Position numbers and translations under genes: made by a program | NCBI GenBank assembly: GCA_039208735.1 | Contig: JBCCQY010000024.1 | Span: forward strand, 12,431 to 76,430 | Direction: 5' to 3' | From: Myxococcota bacterium | GTDB taxonomy: Bacteria; Myxococcota_A; UBA796; GCA-2862545 | DNA length: 64,000 nucleotides | In this document: one piece after another, positions 27,066 through 37,857 of the stretch | How positions within the stretch are numbered: position 1 is the first letter of the stretch | How the letters are laid out: each line of letters starts with the position of its first letter | The notes under the pieces: model-generated | What the model saw: only the letters and a program-made list of their open reading frames with translations | Told to the model about the DNA's origin: nothing | Database searches by the model: none

Positions 27066-29708
27066 CTACTCCTCGGTTAGCTCCGCGATCTCTTGGTCGA
27101 GGGCTTCGATCCAAGACGTCGCCAGGGCGCGCCATTGCTCGGCCGTCTCCGCGTCGGGAGCGCGGTCGATCGCCTCGGCGATGGCCAGGCTGGCCCGGCC
27201 CACCTGGTTGCGCTCTTCGTAGGCCTCGGCGAGCGCCTTGAGGTCGTCGGCATCGGAGACCGACAAGAATGGCACCTGCGCATGATCGGTGATGAGGGCG
27301 AGGTTCTCGTCTTGGGTGTCGCGGTGCAGGTTTCGGGGCGCTGAGTACTCGATGATCATGTTGTCGTCGGTGTTCAAGGGCGCACCTTCGCTCAGCTGGT
27401 GAATGGCGTCCTGGTCGAACTGGTGCAGCGAGACGAGGTCGGCAGGAGAGTCGATCTCTACGATGGCCAGTTCGTCGCGGACCTTAGGCCAGGACAGCAG
27501 GTGGCCGGCCCGCGTCATCGTTGGCTCCAGCGGCTTGTCGGAAGCGACCAGCACGAGGTCGGAGTCTTCGATGGTGGCGTAGACGTTGACGTAGGGAAAG
27601 ACCTCGGCCACCGTACGCAACAACGTGCGCAAGTCGTCCGACGACATGCCGTACATCTGGATCCACTGGGACCAGACCCCGCCCGGCTTCAGCCGAGAGC
27701 GCCCCAGCTCGAAGAAGTCCCTCGTGAAAAGGTTCGACACCCCCGTGATCCAGGGGTTCGAGGGTTCACTCACGATGACGTCGTAGGTGCCTGGCTCGGT
27801 GAGCAAGATGTGATTGCGCCCGTCGTTGAACACGAGATTCACGCGCGGGTCGTCGAGCACCGCATGGTTGTAGGTCGAAAACTCTCGGGCGGCGGCCTCG
27901 ATGGCGGGTTCAAGTTCGACGATATCAAGGCGCTCCACGTCATCTACGAGGCTCAGCGCGCCGGCCGTGATGCCACTGGCAAGTCCGATCACAAGGACGT
28001 CGTCAGGGTCTTCTACGAACTGGAGGGGGAGCAGCGAGCACAACACTTGCGTGGGCATGTCGGACGTCGTCGACGCGTCCACCTTGCCGTTGTTGGCGAG
28101 CCACATGTTGTTCGAATCGCGGTTACGAGCGACGGTTACCACACTCGACAGGCCCTCGCGGTAGTACACCAGCTCGTAGAGATCCAGGGCGTATTCGCGA
28201 ATGCCTTTGCGGCTGTGGTCATCGAAGTGCGAGACGTAGTGGTACATTCCTGCGGTCATCAGCAAGGGGTCCCAAGGGGGGCGGCTCGCCACGAGCCCCA
28301 ACGCCACCGCGAGTCCGGCCACGGACACCACCGCAGGGGCATAGCGGGCTCGACCCGCGGGGCGGGGCAGGAGTCGGGCCGCGGCGACGAGCAAGACCCC
28401 GGCTGCGGCCAGCTCCACGATGGCCGCGACATAGATGGTGCCCTGAAGCTGGATGGAGGGCAGGAAGACGAAGCCTGCGAGAAAGGCGCCAAAGACCCCG
28501 CCCAACGTGTTCACGCCGTAGAGGACCCCGACGGGCTCGCCAAGCTTGGCTTCGTCTCCGACCACCGCACGAACCGCGATGGGAAAGTGCATGCCCATGA
28601 GAATCGCGGGAGGGGTCATGATGAGGCCCGCCACGAGCAGAGACACTTCCCACATGCGACTTGGCCGACTTCCCGCCCCAAACGCGTCGAACAGCCACAC
28701 GTAAAGGAACGGAAGCTGGGGATAGAGGTACATCATGCCGTAGGAGACGAGCGCGATGCTCGCTTCGAGGATCGCAAAGGCCACCAAGACCCCCACCGGT
28801 CCTCGGCGGGCGAACAGGCGGTCCGCGAGGGGGCCGCCCAATGCGCCACCCGCGGCAATCCCGATGAGGAACGACAGCAGCATGAGCGAGAACGTGTAGG
28901 TCGACGCTCCCAGCATCAACCCGAGCAATCGCGTCCAGGCGACTTCATAGACGAGGGCGGAGAACCCGGCGAGCCCAAGGGCCACCGTCACGGGAATCAT
29001 CACATTGGAACGGGGCGTTTCGGGAGGTAGGTCGTCGACCACGTCGCGTTCCCGGCCTCCCGCCCACGACGAAAGGGCGATGGCGGCGACGCCCAGTCCG
29101 AGGTTGGCGCTGGCCGCAAGTCCCGTAGTGGCGAAGCGCCCGAACTCGGGCAACAACCAAAAGCCGCACAGCGCGGTGCCGACGACGGCCCCCGCCGTGT
29201 TGACGGCGTAGAGCGTGCCCACGCGGTTCCCGGCCGCGCCGAGGCGTTCGGTGGCAAACCGGGCAAGCAGCGGCAGGGTAGCTCCCATCGCGGCGGTGGG
29301 CAGAATGAGGCTCGTCGTCACGATGGCGAACTGGATGATGCCGAACGTCACCGGGCCGGGCGTCAACGAACGCCAGGCCTCGAGGTAGATCGGCTGCAGT
29401 GCCTGCACCACCAAAGGGAAGACGAGCGCGTAAAGGCCGATGCCCACCTCGAGCCAACCGTACAGGCGCAAGGGACGTTCGAGTTCGTCGGCGACTCGGG
29501 CCATGAGGAAGCCGCCCAGGGCCAGCCCCCCCATAAAGGCGGCCAACACCGTTGAAATCGCGAAGGTGGACGTGCCGAACAGCTCGATCTGCAGCTCGCG
29601 CACCCACAGGGTCTGGTAGGTGAGTGCGGTCGCTCCCGAAAGGAAGAACAACGGCAAGAGAAGATGCACCGCACGACTGCGGCGGAGTTGTGCGGCAAGC
29701 TCGTCCAT
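27066..29708 (-). CDS. Fused MFS-like membrane domain / spermidine-synthase-like methyltransferase
   Basis: FFLSGATAL.YQ..W, MGATLP, YAVNTAGA repeated; C-terminal NGKVDAS, VLVIGLASGIT, DGRN, YDVIVSEPSNPW. Confidence 0.9.
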   Translation of the reverse strand: MDELAAQLRRSRAVHLLLPLFFLSGATALTYQTLWVRELQIELFGTSTFAISTVLAAFMGGLALGGFLMARVADELERPLRLYGWLEVGIGLYALVFPLVVQALQPIYLEAWRSLTPGPVTFGIIQFAIVTTSLILPTAAMGATLPLLARFATERLGAAGNRVGTLYAVNTAGAVVGTALCGFWLLPEFGRFATTGLAASANLGLGVAAIALSSWAGGRERDVVDDLPPETPRSNVMIPVTVALGLAGFSALVYEVAWTRLLGLMLGASTYTFSLMLLSFLIGIAAGGALGGPLADRLFARRGPVGVLVAFAILEASIALVSYGMMYLYPQLPFLYVWLFDAFGAGSRPSRMWEVSLLVAGLIMTPPAILMGMHFPIAVRAVVGDEAKLGEPVGVLYGVNTLGGVFGAFLAGFVFLPSIQLQGTIYVAAIVELAAAGVLLVAAARLLPRPAGRARYAPAVVSVAGLAVALGLVASRPPWDPLLMTAGMYHYVSHFDDHSRKGIREYALDLYELVYYREGLSSVVTVARNRDSNNMWLANNGKVDASTTSDMPTQVLCSLLPLQFVEDPDDVLVIGLASGITAGALSLVDDVERLDIVELEPAIEAAAREFSTYNHAVLDDPRVNLVFNDGRNHILLTEPGTYDVIVSEPSNPWITGVSNLFTRDFFELGRSRLKPGGVWSQWIQMYGMSSDDLRTLLRTVAEVFPYVNVYATIEDSDLVLVASDKPLEPTMTRAGHLLSWPKVRDELAIVEIDSPADLVSLHQFDQDAIHQLSEGAPLNTDDNMIIEYSAPRNLHRDTQDENLALITDHAQVPFLSVSDADDLKALAEAYEERNQVGRASLAIAEAIDRAPDAETAEQWRALATSWIEALDQEIAELTEE

Positions 29709-29808
29709 AAAGGCTCCGAAACCGTAGCAGCGTAGCGTCCGCGACGATCGGCGGCCATGGAGCGCAACCCTCGTGCACACCTCCGTCACGAGCGATACGC
29801 GGCTCGGC

Positions 29809-30456
29809 ATGTGGATCTGGTGGATCGCTCTGTCGTGGGCAGACAAACCGTTGCCCGACCTTGGGCCTGAACTTGCACGTGTCGAATGGGCTCGGCTCGA
29901 CCTCCAGCTCACCCAGGGATGCCAGCTCGCGCCGTTGCTGGGCGTTGTCACCTGTCAGGACGGCGTGGTGGATAAGGTGGTCGCTCGGATCGACGCCTTT
30001 TCTCGGGCCGTGGTGCGCGACGCAGGGCTCGAGTACCTGGCTGGGCTGGCCTACCGCTACGATGGGCGCCGGGGGCGGGCACGGCGTCGCTATGAGGCGG
30101 CGGTCGCACTCGATCCGACCTACGATGCAGCGTGGTACGACCTGGGCGAACTCCACCTGGTCGGCGGGCGTCTCGACGAGGCAGAGGCCGCCTTTGCCAA
30201 GGTGGCGGAGCTCGTGGCCGACGGAGAAAAGGCCTGGGTTGGACCTTGGCGACTGGCCGAAGTAGCCGCCTCTCGCGGCGATGCCGAGGCGTTCGAGACG
30301 CACATCAAAGCGGCGCTGCAGGACGGGTTTACGTTCCGAAGCATCGCCGGGCTGCCCAATTGGAAGGCGTTCTACGCAGACCCCAGGCTCCGCGACACCT
30401 TCGACAAGCTGCTCACCGTCTATGCGACGCCCGAGGTCCGCAACTCTCTTCGCTGA
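29809..30456 (+). CDS. Exported TPR protein
   Basis: Signal-like N-terminus; YLAGLAY..ALDPTYDAAWYDLGEL. Confidence 0.75.
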   Translation: MWIWWIALSWADKPLPDLGPELARVEWARLDLQLTQGCQLAPLLGVVTCQDGVVDKVVARIDAFSRAVVRDAGLEYLAGLAYRYDGRRGRARRRYEAAVALDPTYDAAWYDLGELHLVGGRLDEAEAAFAKVAELVADGEKAWVGPWRLAEVAASRGDAEAFETHIKAALQDGFTFRSIAGLPNWKAFYADPRLRDTFDKLLTVYATPEVRNSLR

Positions 30457-30459
30457 ACG

Positions 30460-31851
30460 CTACGGCGTGTTGCCCGAGACCTCAACCGTTCCGCCGATCG
30501 TGCCCATCAGATCCACGACCGCGTTGGCATGATCGTCGCCCATCGACGGATTTCCGGTGATCGTGATGTTGCCGCCCACCGAATCGATGGAACCCAGCGC
30601 AGAGATGTCGCCGAGCACAAAATGGTCGCGGATCGTTAGGGCGCCGCCGATCGTCGTGATGACCGGAGCGCCGTCGAGCGAGATGAGAGGGTCGTTTGAC
30701 TCGATGGTCAGGTCGCCTCCGACGGTTCGCAACGCGGGGAACGAGAAGTCGTCGAGTTCATCGTTGTCCCGGATCACCACATCGCCATCGACGGTGTCGA
30801 GCTGCGCAAACCCGTCCAGCGTCGACAACGAATCGTTGTTTTCGATCACGAGGTGGCCCGTGGCGCGGTCGAGATCGGCAAACGCGTGGAGTTCCAGCAA
30901 GTTGGGGTTGCTTAAGACTCGGAGGTCTCGAAGGGTCTGGGGCCTTGGAAGGTCGCCGAGCGTGCGGAGTTCGGGATTCGACTCGAGGTGGATGACCTCG
31001 AAGTTGGTCGGCACGGTGGAGAGCCCGTCAAGGTTGAAGAACGCCGGGTTTTCGATGAGGGTCAGTTCGCGGATCGATCCGAGCGAGCCGAGTCCAAAAA
31101 GGGTCGTGAGGATCGCATTTCGCTCGACGCGAAGGGCCCCGTCGAATTGGGTCAAGCCGGCGAGGGCGACCAGGGAGTCCAGGTCCGGGTTGTCGGTGAT
31201 GATGAGGTCCCCATCGACCCGCTGAAGCGCCTGGAGCCCGGACAATGCGGAGAGACCAGGGTTGTTCCTGATGATGAGGCTGCCTCGAACCTCGCGCACA
31301 CACTCGAGGGGTCCGAGATCGGTGGCTCCCGTAATCGTCAGATTGCCGCCAAGGACCACGCGACAAAAGGGGGCGCAGACCCCGGCCGGGGCATCGGTGG
31401 TGAAGTCGTAAGGAACGAAGCCCTGGCTCACCGAGACGTCGGGGTCTTGATCGTTGCAATCCTGACCGAACAGCGCTCCGTCCCCATCGAGATCGTCGTC
31501 GGGTGTGGTCGGATCGCAGTCCTCATCGACGCCGGTGTACGGCGCCTCTGTGGCGTTCGGATTTGCCGCGGGGTTGTCGTCGTCGCAGTCCTCGGCGAGC
31601 CCAAATCCATCGCCATCGAGATCGTCATCGACGGTGCTCTCATCGCAGTCGTTGTCGAGGCCATCGTAGGGGACTTCGACGGAGGCCGGATTGACCTCGG
31701 GTCGCTTGTCGTCGCAGTCCTCATCGGCATCGAAGCCGTCTTGGTCGAGGTCGATTTCCGGCGGCACGGGCACGGGCGGAGGCGTAGGGGACTCCTCCGG
31801 GACCGGCTCACCGCACGCGAGCAGCCCCAGCACGATGCATCCTCGCAGCAT
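30460..31851 (-). CDS. Lipoprotein with MopE-like Cys/Asp metal-binding repeats and receptor-L/LRR-like solenoid
   Basis: LLAC lipobox; three D.DGDG...DCDD units (two with PY.G.D.DCD); about ten L..V.G.L.I..N..L repeats. Confidence 0.85.
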   Translation of the reverse strand: MLRGCIVLGLLACGEPVPEESPTPPPVPVPPEIDLDQDGFDADEDCDDKRPEVNPASVEVPYDGLDNDCDESTVDDDLDGDGFGLAEDCDDDNPAANPNATEAPYTGVDEDCDPTTPDDDLDGDGALFGQDCNDQDPDVSVSQGFVPYDFTTDAPAGVCAPFCRVVLGGNLTITGATDLGPLECVREVRGSLIIRNNPGLSALSGLQALQRVDGDLIITDNPDLDSLVALAGLTQFDGALRVERNAILTTLFGLGSLGSIRELTLIENPAFFNLDGLSTVPTNFEVIHLESNPELRTLGDLPRPQTLRDLRVLSNPNLLELHAFADLDRATGHLVIENNDSLSTLDGFAQLDTVDGDVVIRDNDELDDFSFPALRTVGGDLTIESNDPLISLDGAPVITTIGGALTIRDHFVLGDISALGSIDSVGGNITITGNPSMGDDHANAVVDLMGTIGGTVEVSGNTP

Positions 31852-31879
31852 TCGACCTCCTCGACCCGCATGATGCCCC

Positions 31880-31918
31880 AAACACAAACGGGCCGCCCCC
31901 CGAAGGAGACGGCCCGTT
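31880..31918 (-). terminator. Rho-independent terminator of groESL
   Basis: Minus strand AACGGGCCGTCTCC-TTCG-GGGGGCGGCCCGTT-TGTGTTT, about 20 nt after the groEL stop. Confidence 0.85.
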
Positions 31919-31937
31919 GGATGCGGAGGGTAGGGAC

Positions 31938-33578
<1,641 letters not shown>

Positions 33579-33618
33579 CAGACGTCTCCTTGCTTGGATG
33601 TGTTGAAAAGCTTGGGGC

Positions 33619-33906
33619 TCAGCTGACGATGCCAAAGACTTCGTCTTCGCGAAGCACCAGTCGGTCCTCGCCGTCGACCTTGATCTCGGTGCCGGCGTAG
33701 CGGCCAAACGCTACGCGGTCGCCCTCCTTGACTTGGAGCGGGCGCACCGAACCGTCGTCGTTCAACTTGCCCTGACCCACTGCGAGAACGATGCCTTCCG
33801 AGGGCTTCTCCTTGCCCGTCTCGGGCAGGTACAGACCGCCCTTGGTCTGGGTCTCTTCGTCGGCTCGCTTCACGAGGATCCGGTCGTAGAGCGGACGCAC
33901 TTGCAT
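33619..33906 (-). CDS. groES: Co-chaperonin GroES
   Basis: [38 protein letters not shown]. Confidence 0.99.
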   Translation of the reverse strand: MQVRPLYDRILVKRADEETQTKGGLYLPETGKEKPSEGIVLAVGQGKLNDDGSVRPLQVKEGDRVAFGRYAGTEIKVDGEDRLVLREDEVFGIVS

Positions 33907-33988
33907 GTCACCTCCCTTGCGACCCGCGTCAGCACGCTGGTACGCTTGTCCGGACGGGGGCGTCCCTGCGCACCCCGTTTGGCGGGTG

Positions 33989-34016
33989 ACGTAGGCACCA
34001 CGATGACGGCGTCAAG
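33989..34016 (-). promoter_or_regulatory. Putative RpoH (sigma32)-type heat-shock promoter for groESL
   Basis: Minus strand CTTG-N17-CCTACGT, about 80 nt upstream of groES. Confidence 0.55.
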
Positions 34017-34058
34017 TGTCGAGGATCGATCCGATGAGCACCCGCAGGAGGATGCGCG

Positions 34059-34643
34059 GTGACGACGTCGATCGAAGCCAACAGTTCACTGTTTGACTAC
34101 TTCCATGGTCGGGTCCGGGACGCTCGTGATGGTCTAGGGGTCGATGTGTCAGAAGACACCGGCCTTTACCTCACGACGTTGCTGGTCGATCGCGCTCGCA
34201 CCGATGTCGCTCGACCCGTCGAAAGTACGCTCGCCGAACTCCACGCCCGGGCTGCGCAGGCGGCGCCGGCCGAACAGGCCCGAACGTACCGGGAATTGGG
34301 CGATCGTTCGCTGTACCTGCTGGGCTACTTCGAAGAGTCGCTCTCGCGAAAGGTTGTGAGCACCCGGTACTACTGCGAAATGGGTGCGGCGGCGTATGCG
34401 CGGGTCGACGAGGTCTTCAAGATCTGGTTTGCCAACGCCTTCGACCAGGTGTTCGAGGAACTCTCGCTCGGTTTCGAAGATTGTGTGAGGGTGATCAAGC
34501 AGGTTCGGGCTGCCATCGACGATGAACCCGACGTGTTGATGCGCCTGTACCGCCAGTGGATCGAGACAGGTAGCGAACAGGCCAAAGAGCGGCTACGCGC
34601 CCGCGGCATCGTGGTGGCACCCCGGTCGGTGCCCGAAGACTGA
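34059..34643 (+). CDS. Conserved hypothetical protein
   Basis: GGAGG RBS with GTG start; helical protein with LGDRSLYLLGYFEESLSRKVV...YY..MG..AY motif seen in uncharacterised proteobacterial proteins. Confidence 0.75.
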   Translation: MTTSIEANSSLFDYFHGRVRDARDGLGVDVSEDTGLYLTTLLVDRARTDVARPVESTLAELHARAAQAAPAEQARTYRELGDRSLYLLGYFEESLSRKVVSTRYYCEMGAAAYARVDEVFKIWFANAFDQVFEELSLGFEDCVRVIKQVRAAIDDEPDVLMRLYRQWIETGSEQAKERLRARGIVVAPRSVPED

Positions 34644-34653
34644 CGGAGTCTCC

Positions 34654-35604
34654 ATGATTCGGTTCGTGACGGCGCTCCTGGCCGTGGGGGTGGGGTGCAC
34701 TCCACCGCCCCCCGCAGAAGCGCCAGAGCCCCCTCTGCCGCAGCTCTCGCAGGGCATGGCATGGGCGCCTCCGAGTTGGTTCCCCGCCCCCGCGCGAGAC
34801 CGCTTGTGGGTGCTCGATGAGCTCGATGGCGACCCGCGCTTTGATCGGGGGCCCCGCGTGCGGGCCCGCGGGGCGATTCTCGCCGACCTCGACAACGGGG
34901 AGATCCTTTGGGCCCGCGATCCCGATGGCCTTCGGCCGATTGCGTCGATCACGAAGTTGGTGTCGAGCCTGGCCCTCGCGAGCGTCGGCAACCTCCCCAC
35001 CCGGCTCGATCGCGAAGTCTGCATCAGCTTCGAGCAATGGCCCTCACGTCCTGGGGCGAGGTCGAAGTTCGAGACCGATGACTGCCATGAGGGGTGGGAG
35101 TTGTTGGGCGCCGCGCTGGTGGCCTCCGACAATCGGGGGGCGTACGCGTTTCCGCGTTTGACCGAGCGCGACTACTTCGAGTTCATCGGCCGCATGAATG
35201 AGGTGGGGCACGATCTGGGTTTCGATAAGGCCACTTTCGAGGACCCCAGCGGACTCGAAGACGGCAACTTGGCAAGCCCTCGGGACGTGCTGAAAGCGGT
35301 CACCGCGGTCTCGCTCCATCCGACCTTGCAAATCGCTGCGACGGCCCGATCGTGGCTCGTCGAGCCGAGTCGAGGCCAGCGCCGAGTGCTCTCGACGAAC
35401 CGGTTTCTCCGAGATGATCACGGGTTCGACACGCTCGCGGCGAAGACCGGCTACACCGACACCGCCTACTACTGCCTGGCCGCGGTGTTTCAGAGTCAGG
35501 CGTCGGGTCGGCGCTACGGTGCGGTCGTGCTCGCGTCCCCCAAGAGCCGGACCCGATTCCAGGACGTCATCGCGCTACTGTCGTGGGCCGAAGACCAAAC
35601 GTGA
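34654..35604 (+). CDS. D-Ala-D-Ala endo/carboxypeptidase (peptidase S11, PBP7-like) lipoprotein
   Basis: PIASITK (SxxK), SDN, KTG; lipobox GVGC. Confidence 0.9.
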   Translation: MIRFVTALLAVGVGCTPPPPAEAPEPPLPQLSQGMAWAPPSWFPAPARDRLWVLDELDGDPRFDRGPRVRARGAILADLDNGEILWARDPDGLRPIASITKLVSSLALASVGNLPTRLDREVCISFEQWPSRPGARSKFETDDCHEGWELLGAALVASDNRGAYAFPRLTERDYFEFIGRMNEVGHDLGFDKATFEDPSGLEDGNLASPRDVLKAVTAVSLHPTLQIAATARSWLVEPSRGQRRVLSTNRFLRDDHGFDTLAAKTGYTDTAYYCLAAVFQSQASGRRYGAVVLASPKSRTRFQDVIALLSWAEDQT

Positions 35605-35607
35605 GCC

Positions 35608-35934
35608 TTACCCTTCGAGTTCCTTGGGCTTGTTGGACTGGGTGACCAGCGCCCCCAGCTCGAGCCCAATGCTGAACGGGTTGGCCGTGATCACACCAGA
35701 GATGAGGCCCAAAAGCGAAACGAGCTGCACCCGCGAACTTGGCTCGCGTCCGATGACGGCGGCGCCCACCACGATTTCGGCGATGCCGACAATCGCGGGA
35801 AATGCGGCTACCGTACCAAAGCACGGCACACACCAGAACACGGCCCCCGACCACATGAGGTTGGTCGCTCCAGACACCACCATCAGCGTGCCTGTGGTCG
35901 TGCCGCTCGGCCGGGGTTCCTCGACGTCCGCCAT
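35608..35934 (-). CDS. Small hypothetical membrane protein
   Basis: AAGGAGG RBS; three hydrophobic segments. Confidence 0.65.
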   Translation of the reverse strand: MADVEEPRPSGTTTGTLMVVSGATNLMWSGAVFWCVPCFGTVAAFPAIVGIAEIVVGAAVIGREPSSRVQLVSLLGLISGVITANPFSIGLELGALVTQSNKPKELEG

Positions 35935-35990
35935 CCAAGCCTCCTTAGCGGGCCTATGCCGCCGCTCGCGGGCGTGCTAGACCCGGCTGC

Positions 35991-36380
35991 ATGACGCATG
36001 TGCACCCGGTCAGCATCTACTACGAAGACACCGACCACTCCGGCATTGTCTACCACGCGAACTACCTGAAGTATTGTGAGCGAGCGCGGGAGCATTTGCT
36101 CGGACGAGACCGCCTGGTTTCGATGTACCGCGATCAGGGGACGGGCTTCGTCGTCTACAAAGCCGAAATGACCTTCAAGGAAGGTGCGGTGTTCGGGGAC
36201 GAACTCGAGGTTCGGACGACGGCCGAGCTGGCCAGTGAGTATCGCTTGCTGTTTCACCAGCCCATCTTCCGCAAGCGCGACGACCAGCTCATGGTCGACG
36301 TGACCATCCACCTCGTGGCCGTGGGGGCAGACAACAAGCTCGTGCGGCTCCCCGAGGATGTGCTGGCCTTGGCGCAGTGA
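35991..36380 (+). CDS. YbgC/FadM-family acyl-CoA thioesterase
   Basis: IYYEDTDHSGIVYHANYLKYCERAR. Confidence 0.92.
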   Translation: MTHVHPVSIYYEDTDHSGIVYHANYLKYCERAREHLLGRDRLVSMYRDQGTGFVVYKAEMTFKEGAVFGDELEVRTTAELASEYRLLFHQPIFRKRDDQLMVDVTIHLVAVGADNKLVRLPEDVLALAQ

Positions 36381-36382
36381 GG

Positions 36383-37153
36383 CTACTCGACGCGAAGTTC
36401 CAGGATTTCGAGGGTATGCACCCCCGGCCGTCGCGGGCCGGTGAGGTCCTCGAGCGAGACGCGTGAGAGCCGAGCCGGCACCAGGGGTTTCGCAGGATCT
36501 TCGGGGACCACTTCGGCCAGGGTCACCGCAACCGTTTTGGGCTCGCTGGGATCGATCATGATGGTCGGCGTGCTGTACCGATTCGCGGATTCATCCTCGA
36601 ACACGACACGAATCCACGCCGCTGTTTCACGACTTCGCAGATCGAACGACACGACTTCAGGGGCTGGATCGGGTCGGTTGAAGCCGATCACCAGGCGGTC
36701 GGGACGTCTTGGGTCAGCGGTCGTTGTCCAGGCCAGCGCACCCGGCTGGGCGACGAGTTCGCCAAGGTCTTGGCGTGACCAATGGTGAAACAAGCCAGGG
36801 TTCTGGTTGTCGAACGTCCAGGTCACAGGCACCTTGCGAACCGCGTCCTGGTCGATGGCGATCTGCTGGATGAGCTGCTGACAATCGGTGCCGCACCGGC
36901 CCTTGCGCGTGGCCATCCGGAGCTGTTCGCGAGCGTCCGAAACCCGCCCCTCATCGTAGAGCAGCCTCGCCCAGCCCACGACGGCGATGGCCCACAGCGG
37001 GTCGTGGTCGGGGAGCTGGCGGACGAGGAGCTGGTAGTGCGAGATCGCAGTGGGCAGATCGCCTTGCATCTCGGCGATCAAGGCGCGCTGGATTTGCGAA
37101 CGGTCCGAAGGGGTCTGACTCAACGCGGCCGCCACCCCGAGCCAGACGAGCAT
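36383..37153 (-). CDS. Exported protein with TPR-like N-half and beta-sandwich C-half
   Basis: Signal-like N-terminus; starts 2 nt downstream of the response regulator stop. Confidence 0.65.
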   Translation of the reverse strand: MLVWLGVAAALSQTPSDRSQIQRALIAEMQGDLPTAISHYQLLVRQLPDHDPLWAIAVVGWARLLYDEGRVSDAREQLRMATRKGRCGTDCQQLIQQIAIDQDAVRKVPVTWTFDNQNPGLFHHWSRQDLGELVAQPGALAWTTTADPRRPDRLVIGFNRPDPAPEVVSFDLRSRETAAWIRVVFEDESANRYSTPTIMIDPSEPKTVAVTLAEVVPEDPAKPLVPARLSRVSLEDLTGPRRPGVHTLEILELRVE

Positions 37154-37155
37154 GC

Positions 37156-37857
37156 CTAGTCCCCTTCGGTCGCGATGAAGCGGTAGCCCACTCCGTGGAG
37201 CGTTTCGATGAACCGGGGGTTGCCAGCATCATCCCGCAATTTCTTTCTTACGTTGAGGATGTGGGTGTCGACCGTGCGGGTGGTGACGTTGGGCGAGTAC
37301 TGCCAAATGGCCGAGAGCAGCTCCTGTCGAGGGAGCACTTTGCCGCGGTGTTCGATCAGGTAGCGCAACAATTCCTGTTCACGATTCGACAATCGCTCGT
37401 CTTTTCCGTCGCCGTGTCGGATGACGTAGTTGTCCAAATCGACCTCGACTGTACCAAAACGGTAGATCGACCGGGTCCCTCCGGCTCGACGCATCAACGC
37501 TTGGACCCGCGCGTGCAATTCGAGCAAGGAGAATGGCTTCGTCACGTAGTCGTCAGCGCCCAGCTCGAAGCCCAACAACTTGTCCTGTTCCGCGGTACGA
37601 GCGGTGAGGAAGACCACGGGCCCGTCATATTCGGCATCACGAAGAGCTTTGCAAACGTCAAAGCCCGATTTCTCTGGTTCCGGGCCTTCGTTTAGCATCA
37701 CGTCGAGCACCACCACGTCCGGCGGAAAGCGTTCGTGTGCATTGAGGGCCTCGGTGAGCGACCGAGCGGTGAACACTTCGAAGTTTTCGCGGGTGAAGAA
37801 ACGCTCCACCGTGTCGAGCAACGCTTGCTCGTCCTCGACGAAGAGTATCCGCGGCAT
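37156..37857 (-). CDS. OmpR/PhoB-family response regulator
   Basis: VEDE, LDVML, FLTAR, GADDYVTKPFS, RTVDTHI, TLHGVGYRF. Confidence 0.96.
   Translation of the reverse strand: MPRILFVEDEQALLDTVERFFTRENFEVFTARSLTEALNAHERFPPDVVVLDVMLNEGPEPEKSGFDVCKALRDAEYDGPVVFLTARTAEQDKLLGFELGADDYVTKPFSLLELHARVQALMRRAGGTRSIYRFGTVEVDLDNYVIRHGDGKDERLSNREQELLRYLIEHRGKVLPRQELLSAIWQYSPNVTTRTVDTHILNVRKKLRDDAGNPRFIETLHGVGYRFIATEGD

Noticed and set aside
27399..29030. 543-aa plus-strand ORF (likewise 10226-11689, 40166-41872, 42821-44449, 52203-53738)
   Set aside because: Shadow ORFs opposite well-supported genes.
33925..33955. Possible CIRCE (HrcA) operator upstream of groES
   Set aside because: Only one degenerate half-site (GCGTGCTGA); no matching TTAGCACTC arm at 9-nt spacing.
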